Shown here piece after piece: positions 8,882 to 18,586 of a stretch of DNA of 64,000 nucleotides. The notes under the pieces were generated by a model, which was given only the letters and a program-made list of their open reading frames with translations, was not told where the DNA came from and ran no database searches. The stretch covers positions 14,801 through 78,800 of the forward strand of contig KB912045.1 in NCBI GenBank assembly GCA_000383715.1, given 5' to 3'. Source of the DNA: Verrucomicrobia bacterium SCGC AAA164-E04. GTDB taxonomy: Bacteria; Verrucomicrobiota; Verrucomicrobiia; Limisphaerales; AAA164-E04. Position 1 is the stretch's first letter, and every line of letters begins with the position of its first letter. Both the position numbers and the translations under genes were made by a program.

Positions 8882-10435
8882 TTACTGCAAGTGGATCGGC
8901 AGACTGTTCATGATGAATTTCTGACTCGCCATGATCCCGCCCGTTTGCTCGGAGAGGACATTATTGCCGAACTTGAATCTTGTGGTGGTTTCAATGGATT
9001 TCAATACAGCACAATGCGTGTCGTTGACCATGATGCCAAGTAATTCGCCAGTTTTGCTAAATACCAAATCGCCGCGTGAAGGAGAAAATTTGCCTACCAG
9101 CTTACGAAAGGCTTGCTTCTCCATTTTTACATAATCTGGATTCTGAGTATCCAACTTGAATTCAGCTTCTCCGTAGTAACCATCCTGAGCCCCAACAAGG
9201 ACGGCTTCCTGGAATTTGAAGGGGTTTTCAGCCAGGTGATAAATTTTACCGCCAAGCACATCGGCTTGTTTTGCCCCAACCGGAACCACAAGGATTCGAG
9301 GGTCGGCCTCAATACAAGACATGAGTGCTATGGAATAGGCTTTTTGAGAGCGATTAACAACACCGGTCAACTGTTCCCAATTTGATTCTCCCTGCCAGAT
9401 TCTGAATGGTGTGCCTTCGACATGATACAAAGCGTAAATAGTGTCTCCATCTCTAACGAGCACACTGTTGGTCTCACTTTCTTTATTAATCGCCTGACCA
9501 AACAATCCACTCCGTGCGGCAAAAAATCGCGTTGTGATACGATTTTCAACGAAATCATTGTATATCGTATTGGCTGCTAGCGGGGTATTGCTGCGAATGT
9601 CTTCCCTGATCTCTTCCGATTTTGCGGTCAGATTTTCTACCCCAACTGCCAACGCATCAGCATGATCTTGAACCCGTTCTTTTTCTTCACGAACAACGGC
9701 CACTTCTTCCTTGGCTCCAGCAAGCTGTTCTCTTGAATATTCGACATCGGCTCTTGCAACGCTTATTTCATCTTTGGCTGCATCGTAATATTCACGAATG
9801 ATCACCTCAGCCGTTTGAGATTGTTTTAATTCCAGTGCCAACTGGAATTTCTGTTCTTCAGCAGCCTTTCTTTCCTTCTCCAAATCATCCATTTTACCCT
9901 GCATTTGCTTTGCTTCCTGCCGACGTACTTGCAGTTCGGATTGTATGGTTTCCAATCGAGCTCTTGAGTCGTTAGCCTGAACGGTCGAAGTGCTCAAATT
10001 TTGCTGCAGTTGCTTTGCCTCGTTCTTCACGCTGACGTATTGCTCCTGAAGAAAAGCGACGTTTTTCTGCGTGTCGTCGTATTGCTGCTTGAGCATTGTG
10101 CGGTCGCGCTGTAACTGACTGGCTTTACGCTCTACATTTTCAAGGTTGTTTTCAATCGATTCAATTCTAATTTCCTTTTCAGCAAGAACGGTCTCCTTGT
10201 TTTGGAGACTGTCCTGCATGGATTGCAACTCTCTGGTGAGGACATCTCTGGATTGGCGTTCCTCTTGAAGAGCCATTTTGAGAGCTTCCATCATATCCTG
10301 GGCTCCCTGCACTTCATCAACTTCGGTCAGTTCGGACTCGTCTGGTTCGGCTGGAGCTTGTTGGTCAAATCGTGCCAATGAAAGCAGGCTTATCAGGAGA
10401 AAATCACAGATAATGATGAGCAATGGTTTGTTCAT
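8882..10435 (-). CDS. membrane-anchored coiled-coil protein with a globular C-terminal domain (hypothetical; possible MotB/TolR/ExbD-like anchor)
   Basis: 517 aa. N-terminus is MNK + PLLIIICDFLLISLLSL, a TM with an embedded Asp. About 250 aa of E/Q/K/L-rich heptad sequence follow, then a roughly 230-aa non-repetitive C-terminal domain. ATGA overlap with the upstream gene at 10432-10435. Confidence 0.6.
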   Translation of the reverse strand: MNKPLLIIICDFLLISLLSLARFDQQAPAEPDESELTEVDEVQGAQDMMEALKMALQEERQSRDVLTRELQSMQDSLQNKETVLAEKEIRIESIENNLENVERKASQLQRDRTMLKQQYDDTQKNVAFLQEQYVSVKNEAKQLQQNLSTSTVQANDSRARLETIQSELQVRRQEAKQMQGKMDDLEKERKAAEEQKFQLALELKQSQTAEVIIREYYDAAKDEISVARADVEYSREQLAGAKEEVAVVREEKERVQDHADALAVGVENLTAKSEEIREDIRSNTPLAANTIYNDFVENRITTRFFAARSGLFGQAINKESETNSVLVRDGDTIYALYHVEGTPFRIWQGESNWEQLTGVVNRSQKAYSIALMSCIEADPRILVVPVGAKQADVLGGKIYHLAENPFKFQEAVLVGAQDGYYGEAEFKLDTQNPDYVKMEKQAFRKLVGKFSPSRGDLVFSKTGELLGIMVNDTHCAVLKSIETTTRFKFGNNVLSEQTGGIMASQKFIMNSLPIHLQ

Positions 10436-12081
10436 GCTCTTTCAGTTTCGTTTTCAACAATAAGTTTACGACGGTATGGACGCACATGGAAAATTTTCAG
10501 TGCAGACACAAATATGATACCAAATAAAGTGGAAGAATAAGCTGCCATTAACCCCGGTTTTACAATACCCAGCGCTAGCATCACCAGAGACAGAACCGTA
10601 CCTCCAAGTCCAAGATAGAGCCCTGAGTCGAATAAGTTTTCTTCGTTATCCAGAAGCCGCAATTTCAAGCGACTATGCGCTTCCTGTTTTTTGATTTCTT
10701 TCAATTTAACCAGGCATAATGCGTAGGTGCATACCTGAACCAGAAAAAACAGAACCAGCGCAATAATGGTGATTTGTGTTATTTTTGTTTCCATAATTGA
10801 TTCAACGTCATCCGTAACAGCGGACTGCATGACCGGAAATCTCCATGTGGTCGTATTTTCCACCTTTTTTGAGTCCTGCGCAAGAAAAGGTTCTCCCAGG
10901 ACTATTACGAAAACCAGAAAGACGAGGGCCAGGATTTGCTGACGCAAAAAACCGATTCCATCCACCTGCATTTGCTCGCTGGCATCTTCCGGTTCCGGCT
11001 TGAGTTGATGGAGAAATCGTAAAATAAAAAAACTTCCAAACAAATACAGGAGATATTTGATCAACAGAGCAAACATCGGCATGCGGAGGGTCAGCTTGCA
11101 TAATTGTACTGATGGCGCATGAAACAACCCATAACTGCGGAGCCATTCGCGTGTAGAGGAAACAAAAACGGGTTCCTGTCTTTGTAACAAATGTCTCAGG
11201 GCCTCCTGCCCGTGGACGATGCCGAGTTGAATATCCCTGGGAGCTGTCTCAGGAAATTTTCTCAGGTAATCAGCCAGCAAGCCTCCCGACTCAGCGAACC
11301 GCAGCGAAGAGAAAACCCTGGGCAACATTTCTTCGGAACGCATCGCATGATGTGTGAGCGTGCGAAGAGTCTCAACAGATTCTACTTTTTGTATGAATGT
11401 CGTTAGTTGCCCCCAGTTCATGCGCTTGCTAAGAGACAAAATATCAAGACACATCGCTTCAAGATGCCGTGTATTTTTCCCAAGATTCACTTGGGCTGCT
11501 AGTAGTTCAACCTGTTGGCCAAACTCAGAACTCAGATGATCTTCCTGATATAAAAGACCTATCAATAGCAGTGCCGAATCGAAAGGTTGTCCGCCAGCAC
11601 TGGCAACAGGGTAAAACACATTCAAAGACTGTAAATTTCGATTTTTCAGTATTGTTTGAACTCCGGGCCGATTTGATTGCTGGAGATGATTCAAAACTGA
11701 TTTGCGGAAATTACTGGCCACCATCCACCCAAGCACGAACCTTGAATTTGAAGGATTACTGTCAAGAAACCGCTTGATCAGAGCATCGGAATCTCCTTGT
11801 TGAAATCCTTTAGGATCCTGACTTCGATATTTTCCGAGTGCTTCTTCAAGCTCTTTTACGTCATCCAAAGCGTTGAACCGAGCGCTTTGAAAAAGGAGGT
11901 GCGCGGGGCCTGATTTCTCCAGGCGTAGCAAGGAAAACCCTTCGCTGATCAATTCAGGTTTACCTCCTGCTATCCGCAAGACGTCAGAGTCAACTGACCT
12001 TAAATAGGCAGGGGTCATCACAGCACTCAGCAGTAATGCTGACCCTAGCAGGAAATAGGTGATGGCCTTGAGCTTTTTCAT
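10432..12081 (-). CDS. polytopic membrane protein with a MotA/TolQ/ExbB-like C-terminal helix pair (hypothetical)
   Basis: The track start 12129 is a TTG codon. I prefer ATG 12081 (MKKLKAITYFLLGSALLLSAVM...). Roughly 330-aa helical domain, then about 5 TM segments. The last two (GLYLGLGGTVLSLVMLALGIVKPGLMAAYSSTLFGIIFVSALKIF) resemble the TolQ/ExbB signature. Confidence 0.55.
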   Translation of the reverse strand: MKKLKAITYFLLGSALLLSAVMTPAYLRSVDSDVLRIAGGKPELISEGFSLLRLEKSGPAHLLFQSARFNALDDVKELEEALGKYRSQDPKGFQQGDSDALIKRFLDSNPSNSRFVLGWMVASNFRKSVLNHLQQSNRPGVQTILKNRNLQSLNVFYPVASAGGQPFDSALLLIGLLYQEDHLSSEFGQQVELLAAQVNLGKNTRHLEAMCLDILSLSKRMNWGQLTTFIQKVESVETLRTLTHHAMRSEEMLPRVFSSLRFAESGGLLADYLRKFPETAPRDIQLGIVHGQEALRHLLQRQEPVFVSSTREWLRSYGLFHAPSVQLCKLTLRMPMFALLIKYLLYLFGSFFILRFLHQLKPEPEDASEQMQVDGIGFLRQQILALVFLVFVIVLGEPFLAQDSKKVENTTTWRFPVMQSAVTDDVESIMETKITQITIIALVLFFLVQVCTYALCLVKLKEIKKQEAHSRLKLRLLDNEENLFDSGLYLGLGGTVLSLVMLALGIVKPGLMAAYSSTLFGIIFVSALKIFHVRPYRRKLIVENETERA

Positions 12082-12464
12082 CAAATTGTTTGAGACATAA
12101 GCAATTCCCTTGTGATAAATCAATGGCAATGTTTGAGCGCCTCAACATTATCCCGTTGCGGCTTAATGCTTATTTGACGAGACCATCATCATTGCCATTC
12201 ATTGAGAGGTGGCAGTGATCAAAATTAGGCTTTACCATGATGCAGACCATATCCGATCAACTAACCTGCAATTTCCAGTTAAACCCTTTCGTTCAACTCC
12301 TTGTCTCTCTTTGAAGTTGTAATGCTGAATGAGTAATAAATCTCCAGTGGAAGTCTCAGGACATTCTTTCTTGGCGAAGTGAGGCAAGTAAACTGCTTCA
12401 GCTAATGATTTTAATGCATTGAGGCCCTCAATGTTGACTGAAGTAAGACCATTTATCAATGCAG

Positions 12465-12959
12465 TCAGCAACTTGTCGGCACCTCTTGAACCACCTCCAC
12501 ACAATGTGGGATGGCGCCAAGCACAAAACCTAAACATTCAACGGCGCCTGAGGGTTTACCCGGAAGACAAATCACAAGCCCTTTTTCGACCACGACCGCA
12601 AGACTCCTTGAGAGAATTGCATTCGGAGTGACTTTCAAGGACTCCATTCGCATTAGTTCTCCGAATCCGGGTAACTCTCGCACTGCAATTTCACGCACTG
12701 CCTCCGGAGTCACATCGCGTAAAGCCACGCCGGTTCCTCCAGTCGTCAGTACTAGGTTCGCTCCACTTCGTATTTGCTCTAAAACAGCTCGTTGAATGTC
12801 ACGTTTTTCATCGGCTACCAGAGTTTCGGCCACCACTTGCCACTCATAATCTTGAGAAGCTTTTTTAAGGGCTGGTCCTCCTAAATCGTCATACAATCCC
12901 TGCGAAGCACGATCTGAAATGGTAATAATTCCAACTTTGATATCCATGGTTCTCATCAC
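12465..12959 (-). CDS. mogA: molybdopterin adenylyltransferase (MogA/MoaB family)
   Basis: VGIITISDRAS and LVLTTGGTGVALRDVTPEA motifs; about 160 aa. The start may be the internal MDIKV... at 12947. Confidence 0.85.
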   Translation of the reverse strand: MMRTMDIKVGIITISDRASQGLYDDLGGPALKKASQDYEWQVVAETLVADEKRDIQRAVLEQIRSGANLVLTTGGTGVALRDVTPEAVREIAVRELPGFGELMRMESLKVTPNAILSRSLAVVVEKGLVICLPGKPSGAVECLGFVLGAIPHCVEVVQEVPTSC

Positions 12960-13232
12960 TTAAAAGTAAAGTAACAACTTGGCAACGCCCATAATCAGGG
13001 GTCAGACAAAACTATAGACACTAAAATTCGCCCCCTATGGACTGCGTTAACCCTTTGCACAAAAATAATCTAAGTGTCTAATTTAAGACATTTCTGCTGT
13101 GAGGAAGTTCTGCCAGATTGTATTTTTTTAACCACCGTTGGTCATCCAAAAGTTATATTTAAGCAATTAGTTTTTCATTAAATATTGTATTTGTGCAGTT
13201 TAAGCATACCCCGAATGACTCAGCTGATTCAA

Positions 13233-13248
13233 TGGCACAGTGGTTGCT
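13233..13248 (+). promoter_or_regulatory. sigma-54 (-24/-12) promoter candidate for amtB-glnK
   Basis: TGGCACagtggTTGCT matches TGGCAC-N5-TTGCW exactly. It lies 60 nt upstream of the amtB ATG. Nitrogen-regulated amtB-glnK operons are classic sigma-54/NtrC targets. Confidence 0.6.
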
Positions 13249-13308
13249 ATGTCATGAGCCAATCCCAGAAAAACCTCAATTGACACAAAATAAATATTAA
13301 TAAACATC

Positions 13309-14664
13309 ATGAGAGTTCTTACAATCACACTCATTGCCGGTCTCATTTTATGGACTGGTTTTCAGCTTAACGCCGCAGAGGACGCAACCGCCGCATTAGA
13401 AAAAGCTGCGGAAACTGTTGAGTCTGCTGAAATCACCCCGCAACTCGATACCGGTGATACCGCCTGGATGATAACGGCAACTGCCCTTGTTCTTTTCATG
13501 TCTATCCCGGGACTGGCTCTCTTTTATGGCGGTTTGGTTCGGTCCAAAAACATACTTTCTGTGTTAGTACAATGCTTTGCAATGGTCGGCATCATGAGTG
13601 TCATCTGGGTGACTTATGGATACAGCCTTGCATTTGGGAACGGAGGAAATATGCAGTGGCTCATAGGCGATTTAAACAATGCCTTTTTAAGCAAAGTAAA
13701 CGTCGACTCCATTTCTGGGACGATACCTGAGTCGGTCTTCGTCACTTTTCAGATGACGTTCATTATCATTACCCCAGCGCTGATCGTTGGGGCTTTTGCC
13801 GAGCGCATTAAATTCAGCGCCATGATAGTGTTCACCATAGTTTGGGTCACTTTTTCGTACCTTCCAATTTGTCACATGGCTTGGGGCGGTGAGGGTGCTT
13901 TGTTTGCCAGTTGGGGTGTTTTGGATTTTGCCGGTGGAACTGTTGTTCACATTAATGCCGGAATAGCAGGACTCGTGGCTTGTATCATGGTCGGTAAACG
14001 TCGTGGATTTGGTAGTGCAGCACTGCAGCCTCACAGTGTTCCGTTAACCTTAATAGGAGCAGGCATGCTATGGGTTGGCTGGTTTGGGTTCAACGCTGGT
14101 AGCGAGCTGGCTGCAGATGGAGTAGCCGGAATGGCAATGCTGGTTACGCAGCTTGCAACAGCAATGGCTGCCATAACATGGATGTTCATAGAGTGGATCA
14201 AAACTGGAAGGCCTACAGCAGTTGGCATCGCAACAGGTGCTGTTGCAGGATTGGTAGCCATTACGCCAGCTTCCGGGACTGCTGGTCCCATGGGAGCTTT
14301 GCTGATAGGATTGTGCTCCAGTGCGGTATGTTATCTCGCTGCAACCTCCCTCAAACAAAAATTAGGCTATGATGACAGTCTGGATGTCTTTGGTGTTCAC
14401 GGAGTGGGCGGTGTTGTGGGAGCTGTGTTGACAGGTGTGTGTGCCGCCCCTGCATTGGGAGGTTCCTACACCGAAATCCCAAGTATTGGCTTCCAGGTTG
14501 TTGCTCAAATCAAAAGTGTTATCGTGACGATTGCATGGAGCGGTGTTGTCTCAGTCATTGCTTTGTTCATCATTGATAAAACAATGGGCTTGAGAGTAAG
14601 TGATGAGGAAGAAATGATGGGACTCGATCAGGCATGCCACGGTGAATCAGGTTATAATTCTTGA
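13309..14664 (+). CDS. amtB: ammonium transporter (Amt family)
   Basis: 451 aa. DTGDTAWMITATALVLFMSIPGLALFYGGLVRSKN, DFAGGTVVHINAGIAGL and VFGVHGVGGVVGA; 11-12 TM segments; signal-like N-terminus. Confidence 0.95.
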   Translation: MRVLTITLIAGLILWTGFQLNAAEDATAALEKAAETVESAEITPQLDTGDTAWMITATALVLFMSIPGLALFYGGLVRSKNILSVLVQCFAMVGIMSVIWVTYGYSLAFGNGGNMQWLIGDLNNAFLSKVNVDSISGTIPESVFVTFQMTFIIITPALIVGAFAERIKFSAMIVFTIVWVTFSYLPICHMAWGGEGALFASWGVLDFAGGTVVHINAGIAGLVACIMVGKRRGFGSAALQPHSVPLTLIGAGMLWVGWFGFNAGSELAADGVAGMAMLVTQLATAMAAITWMFIEWIKTGRPTAVGIATGAVAGLVAITPASGTAGPMGALLIGLCSSAVCYLAATSLKQKLGYDDSLDVFGVHGVGGVVGAVLTGVCAAPALGGSYTEIPSIGFQVVAQIKSVIVTIAWSGVVSVIALFIIDKTMGLRVSDEEEMMGLDQACHGESGYNS

Positions 14665-14742
14665 TCTGGCCTTTAGTAGCATCATGCGGAATTCAGCTCA
14701 AAAATGATTGCCCGCAGATCAAAATTCCTAGAGATTAATTAA

Positions 14743-15162
<420 letters not shown>

Positions 15163-15186
15163 CTTGCTGCAAGCCGATTTGTTCTT

Positions 15187-15218
15187 AAAAGCGCGAAGGC
15201 TTGTTCCTTCGCGCTTTT
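15187..15218 (+). terminator. rho-independent terminator after glnK (bidirectional-looking)
   Basis: AAAA-GCGCGAAGG-cttgtt-CCTTCGCGC-TTTT. Perfect 9-bp GC-rich stem, 6-nt loop, T4 tail, and a complementary A4 on the 5' side. Lies 25 nt after the stop. Confidence 0.75.
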
Positions 15219-16034
15219 AGCGTCTGAGGCTCATTTTTTAATTTGAGTTACAATCTTCTATCAAGGAAGTTTGTATGAACGGCATCAGGGCCGTTTCAGC
15301 CTTTTTGAGTTTTGACCGACAGCGGAATCCCCTCAGGGAACCAGAATCAATAACCAAGACCCCCGCGCTTGTGTAATTCACAAGCCACACATCCCCTATC
15401 CCTCAACCTATTGCAGGTGAATCTTTACGTTGGTATTTGATGATCGCTGGCGTTTTGAATTGGAAATCAGCTACAGCCACGACGATGTCACAAACCACGA
15501 ACAGTTTAGGCATATATTAAGTAAAGGAGGTTGCCCCTGTGCACAAATGACGATGGCATTCGATTTAGATTTTAAGAGCCAAAACCTTCAAGCGTCGGGA
15601 AAAACCGTCCTTCAGCTCTAATAGCCAAAAGGATGTAAGTATATGATTGAACCCTTATCCAAAAGCCAGTTAGAAGATCCATATCTCGCCCAGTCGCGGA
15701 TCTTTCTTGTTCCACGTACAGGAGAACCCCACCGGGCCCGTTCAACACTTTATGCCCTGATTGAGCATCTTGGAATCTCGTTTCAGACAAAATTCCTGTG
15801 GTGATAATACCAGCGCGAATATTCTTTAAAAATCGCCATTGCGCTGATCCATTGCCAATGAGTATGCATTTTCAATTAAGTGGATATCCTTCGCTTCTAG
15901 AAGCCACTTTCCATGATCATGGGATTGCTGCGGAACCTTATTCATGTAAAACAAAAGAATGACCTTAGTTTGCAAATTGTCATAATGATGGATAAAAGGC
16001 AGATTGAACCATGTGAATTCTTCAGGTAGAGCAA

Positions 16035-16790
16035 ATGATAAAACTAATGTATTCCAGTGAATATCAAAGCTTCTTGATATTCATTTTCTTTTGTATTGCA
16101 TCCTGTATTCCCTTACCAGCAGACACCCCAAAACATGAATCAGTAAAGGGTAACCATGAACCACTCAAGCTACAAGGCAGGATTACTTACAAACCCGATC
16201 CACAAAAACCGTGGAAATTTGGACGCTATTATTTAAATGGACCAGAGCACTATCTCGCTGAGGCCGTTGTCGAACTCGTTCACGGCGATAACAAAAAGCA
16301 GTTCGTCGTCGATACTGAACGGAAAATCAAAACACATTTGATGGATCAGGAAAACTTCATGTTTATTCCTGAGATGATTGCAATTCAAAGCGGCGACAAA
16401 GTTCGATTCAAAAATAGCGAGGAAGCCTATCACAATGTGATGTGCCTGAATGACAATCCGCCTTTCAATATCAATTTGGGCAAAAATCAGGAACATTTTC
16501 ATGAACCCAAAATTGCCAAAGGAGCTGAAAACCCTCTGGATATTCGCTGTGTCTTTCATGGTGCCATGAAAGGCTGGATTTGTGTGTTTAATCATCCGTA
16601 TTTCCAACAGACAACCAAGTCGGGAGCATTTGAGTTTTCGAAAATTCCCTCGGGAGACTATCTGTTACGGGTTGTTCATCCTGCGGGAGGCTTGTATCTG
16701 GAAACTGAAGTAAGGAAATTGAAACCATCATCCGACACACGATGGAACATCGTCTTGACGCCAGAACACTTGAAGGCACAATCGAAATAG
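16035..16790 (+). CDS. cupredoxin-like (plastocyanin/pseudoazurin-type) copper protein with a C-terminal carboxypeptidase-regulatory-like beta-sandwich
   Basis: FIPEMIAIQSGDKVRFKNSEEAYHNV ... CVFHGAMKGWI supplies the His / Cys-x2-His-x2-Met ligand set of a type-1 Cu site. The tail GAFEFSKIPSGDYLLRVVHP is CarboxypepD_reg-like. Hydrophobic N-terminus. Confidence 0.6.
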   Translation: MIKLMYSSEYQSFLIFIFFCIASCIPLPADTPKHESVKGNHEPLKLQGRITYKPDPQKPWKFGRYYLNGPEHYLAEAVVELVHGDNKKQFVVDTERKIKTHLMDQENFMFIPEMIAIQSGDKVRFKNSEEAYHNVMCLNDNPPFNINLGKNQEHFHEPKIAKGAENPLDIRCVFHGAMKGWICVFNHPYFQQTTKSGAFEFSKIPSGDYLLRVVHPAGGLYLETEVRKLKPSSDTRWNIVLTPEHLKAQSK

Positions 16791-16829
16791 GCCCCTCAGA
16801 ACAATCATTCAGGACATTTATAACCAAAC

Positions 16830-18050
16830 ATGAAAAATCAACGGACTAGTGATCCAGCCGAAAAACCAAAAAATAAACTGAGTCGCCGTCAGGCAATCGG
16901 TAAAAGTCTTCAGTGGACCGGGTTGTCTTTGGCTTTACCTGGATCCGTCTGGGGGGCATTCGAGCAGCAGCAAGCTGACGAAACAGGGGTTGCCTTCGAG
17001 GGCATGCCCAGAGCTCGTGAGAACCGTTTGGATTGGGAAATGCTCAGTGAATACATCACGCCGCAGGATCAGGTCTTCAATGTTCAACATTACGGGATGC
17101 CAGAGTTTGATGAGGATAAATTCACTCTATCAATAAGTGGGCTTGTGAAGAAATCACTGACTTTGTCCATGGATCAGATTCGCGCCATGCCTCAACAGCA
17201 TCAATATATGACGCTTGAATGTTCCGGCAACGGTGCAAGCAAGGGGTTCATGGATGCGATTTACAACAGCAAATGGACAGGCACTCCCCTCGCTCCGCTA
17301 CTGAAAAAATGCGGATTGAACCCCAAGGCCACCGAAATTGTATTCTACGGAAAAGACACCAAAGAAGAGGTGTTGCGGGAAGGAACTTCAAGGGAATTGA
17401 AAATCGAAGTTCCTTTCGGGCGAAGCATGACCTTGGAAAACGCCATGAGTCTTCCACTGCTCCTTGCGTATGATCGAAATGATCAGCCCATGGAATTCCG
17501 CAATGGGGCCCCCCTCAGACTTATCGTTCCGGGTTGGTATGGCGTTGCCAATGTCAAATGGCTGACTCGCATTGAGCTCAGGGATCGTCGTTACATGGGC
17601 CGTTACATGGCTCGTGATTACGTCACAGTGCGCGGTGAAAAAACGGATCAGGAACTTACCTACGTGGAAACATCTGTCACTCGCATGAACCTGAAGTCCA
17701 TCATAGGCCGTGTGACTCGACGGCCCTCTCAAAACGGTAAAATTCCACTCAGAGCCTACGGAGCAGCATGGAGTGATGGGACCGATATTGATCGAGTGGA
17801 AGTGAAATTGAATGATGGTAAGTGGCAGACCGCAGGATGGGATGAATCCATTCCACGTCACAAATACTGTTGGCGTTTTTTTTGGATTGATCTGGCACAT
17901 GTGACTCCCGGAGAACACCAGCTTGTTTCAAGAGCCATTGACGTAAATGAGCGCATTCAGCCATCAGTAGAGGATGATGAGATTTCTTTAAAAAAGACTT
18001 ACTGGGAAGCGTATCAACAATGGCCCAGGAAGATTAAACTCGAAATTTGA
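16830..18050 (+). CDS. sulfite-oxidase family molybdopterin oxidoreductase (SorA-like), Tat-exported
   Basis: Twin-arginine signal LSRRQAIGKSLQWTGLSLALPGSVWG. Mo-ligand Cys context MTLECSGNG. LLAYDRNDQPM...GAPLRLIVPGWYGVANVKWL. C-terminal Moco-dimerisation (Ig-like) part. Confidence 0.85.
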   Translation: MKNQRTSDPAEKPKNKLSRRQAIGKSLQWTGLSLALPGSVWGAFEQQQADETGVAFEGMPRARENRLDWEMLSEYITPQDQVFNVQHYGMPEFDEDKFTLSISGLVKKSLTLSMDQIRAMPQQHQYMTLECSGNGASKGFMDAIYNSKWTGTPLAPLLKKCGLNPKATEIVFYGKDTKEEVLREGTSRELKIEVPFGRSMTLENAMSLPLLLAYDRNDQPMEFRNGAPLRLIVPGWYGVANVKWLTRIELRDRRYMGRYMARDYVTVRGEKTDQELTYVETSVTRMNLKSIIGRVTRRPSQNGKIPLRAYGAAWSDGTDIDRVEVKLNDGKWQTAGWDESIPRHKYCWRFFWIDLAHVTPGEHQLVSRAIDVNERIQPSVEDDEISLKKTYWEAYQQWPRKIKLEI

Positions 18051-18586
18051 GGTTATCTCACTCTGATTGGTAATGATGACTGTCAGGATCAGGGCTCTTG
18101 CATGGGCGATTAACCCATTCAAAAATAAATCCCCAAGAATTTCCAGCCCTATGGTTTCCACTGAAATTCCTCATTATTCCTTGAGTTCAGACTCGGATGG
18201 CGGGCTCAATATCCACCAGAAGTTACGGAATATTATTTTAGACTCTTTGATCTCAATAAAAGGATACAAAAGAGAGGGAGGATCTACTTGGTAAACTTTC
18301 ATCCGTAAAATGCGATAATGAACGCGAGGCTTTAGAGGGCTTGTGGTCGCGCTGCTTCCTCCTGTTATCCATAAGGACAGGATTCACAATATGTAGATTC
18401 CCGGTTGAACACAGAGCTGCCCCATGATAAGTATTCCACATAATACTAAGGGCCGCTGTCTTTGGAGGCCAGATGCAGCAAAACGAGTGTCCATCCGTTT
18501 ACATCACAAGGACCCTCGTTTTGACGTTTCCCTACAAAGGCTTACGCACATGTTGTCCAAATATGACACCCGAATTGTAAGCTGAA

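Noticed and set aside
8882-12081. Calling the MotA-like / coiled-coil pair a Zorya (ZorAB) anti-phage system
   Set aside because: In Zorya the long tail is on the MotA-like ZorA, ZorB carries a peptidoglycan-binding domain, and ZorC/D or ZorE genes accompany them. None of these hold here: the coiled coil is on the B-like subunit, there are no nuclease or helicase neighbours, and the setting is a core chromosome near oriC.
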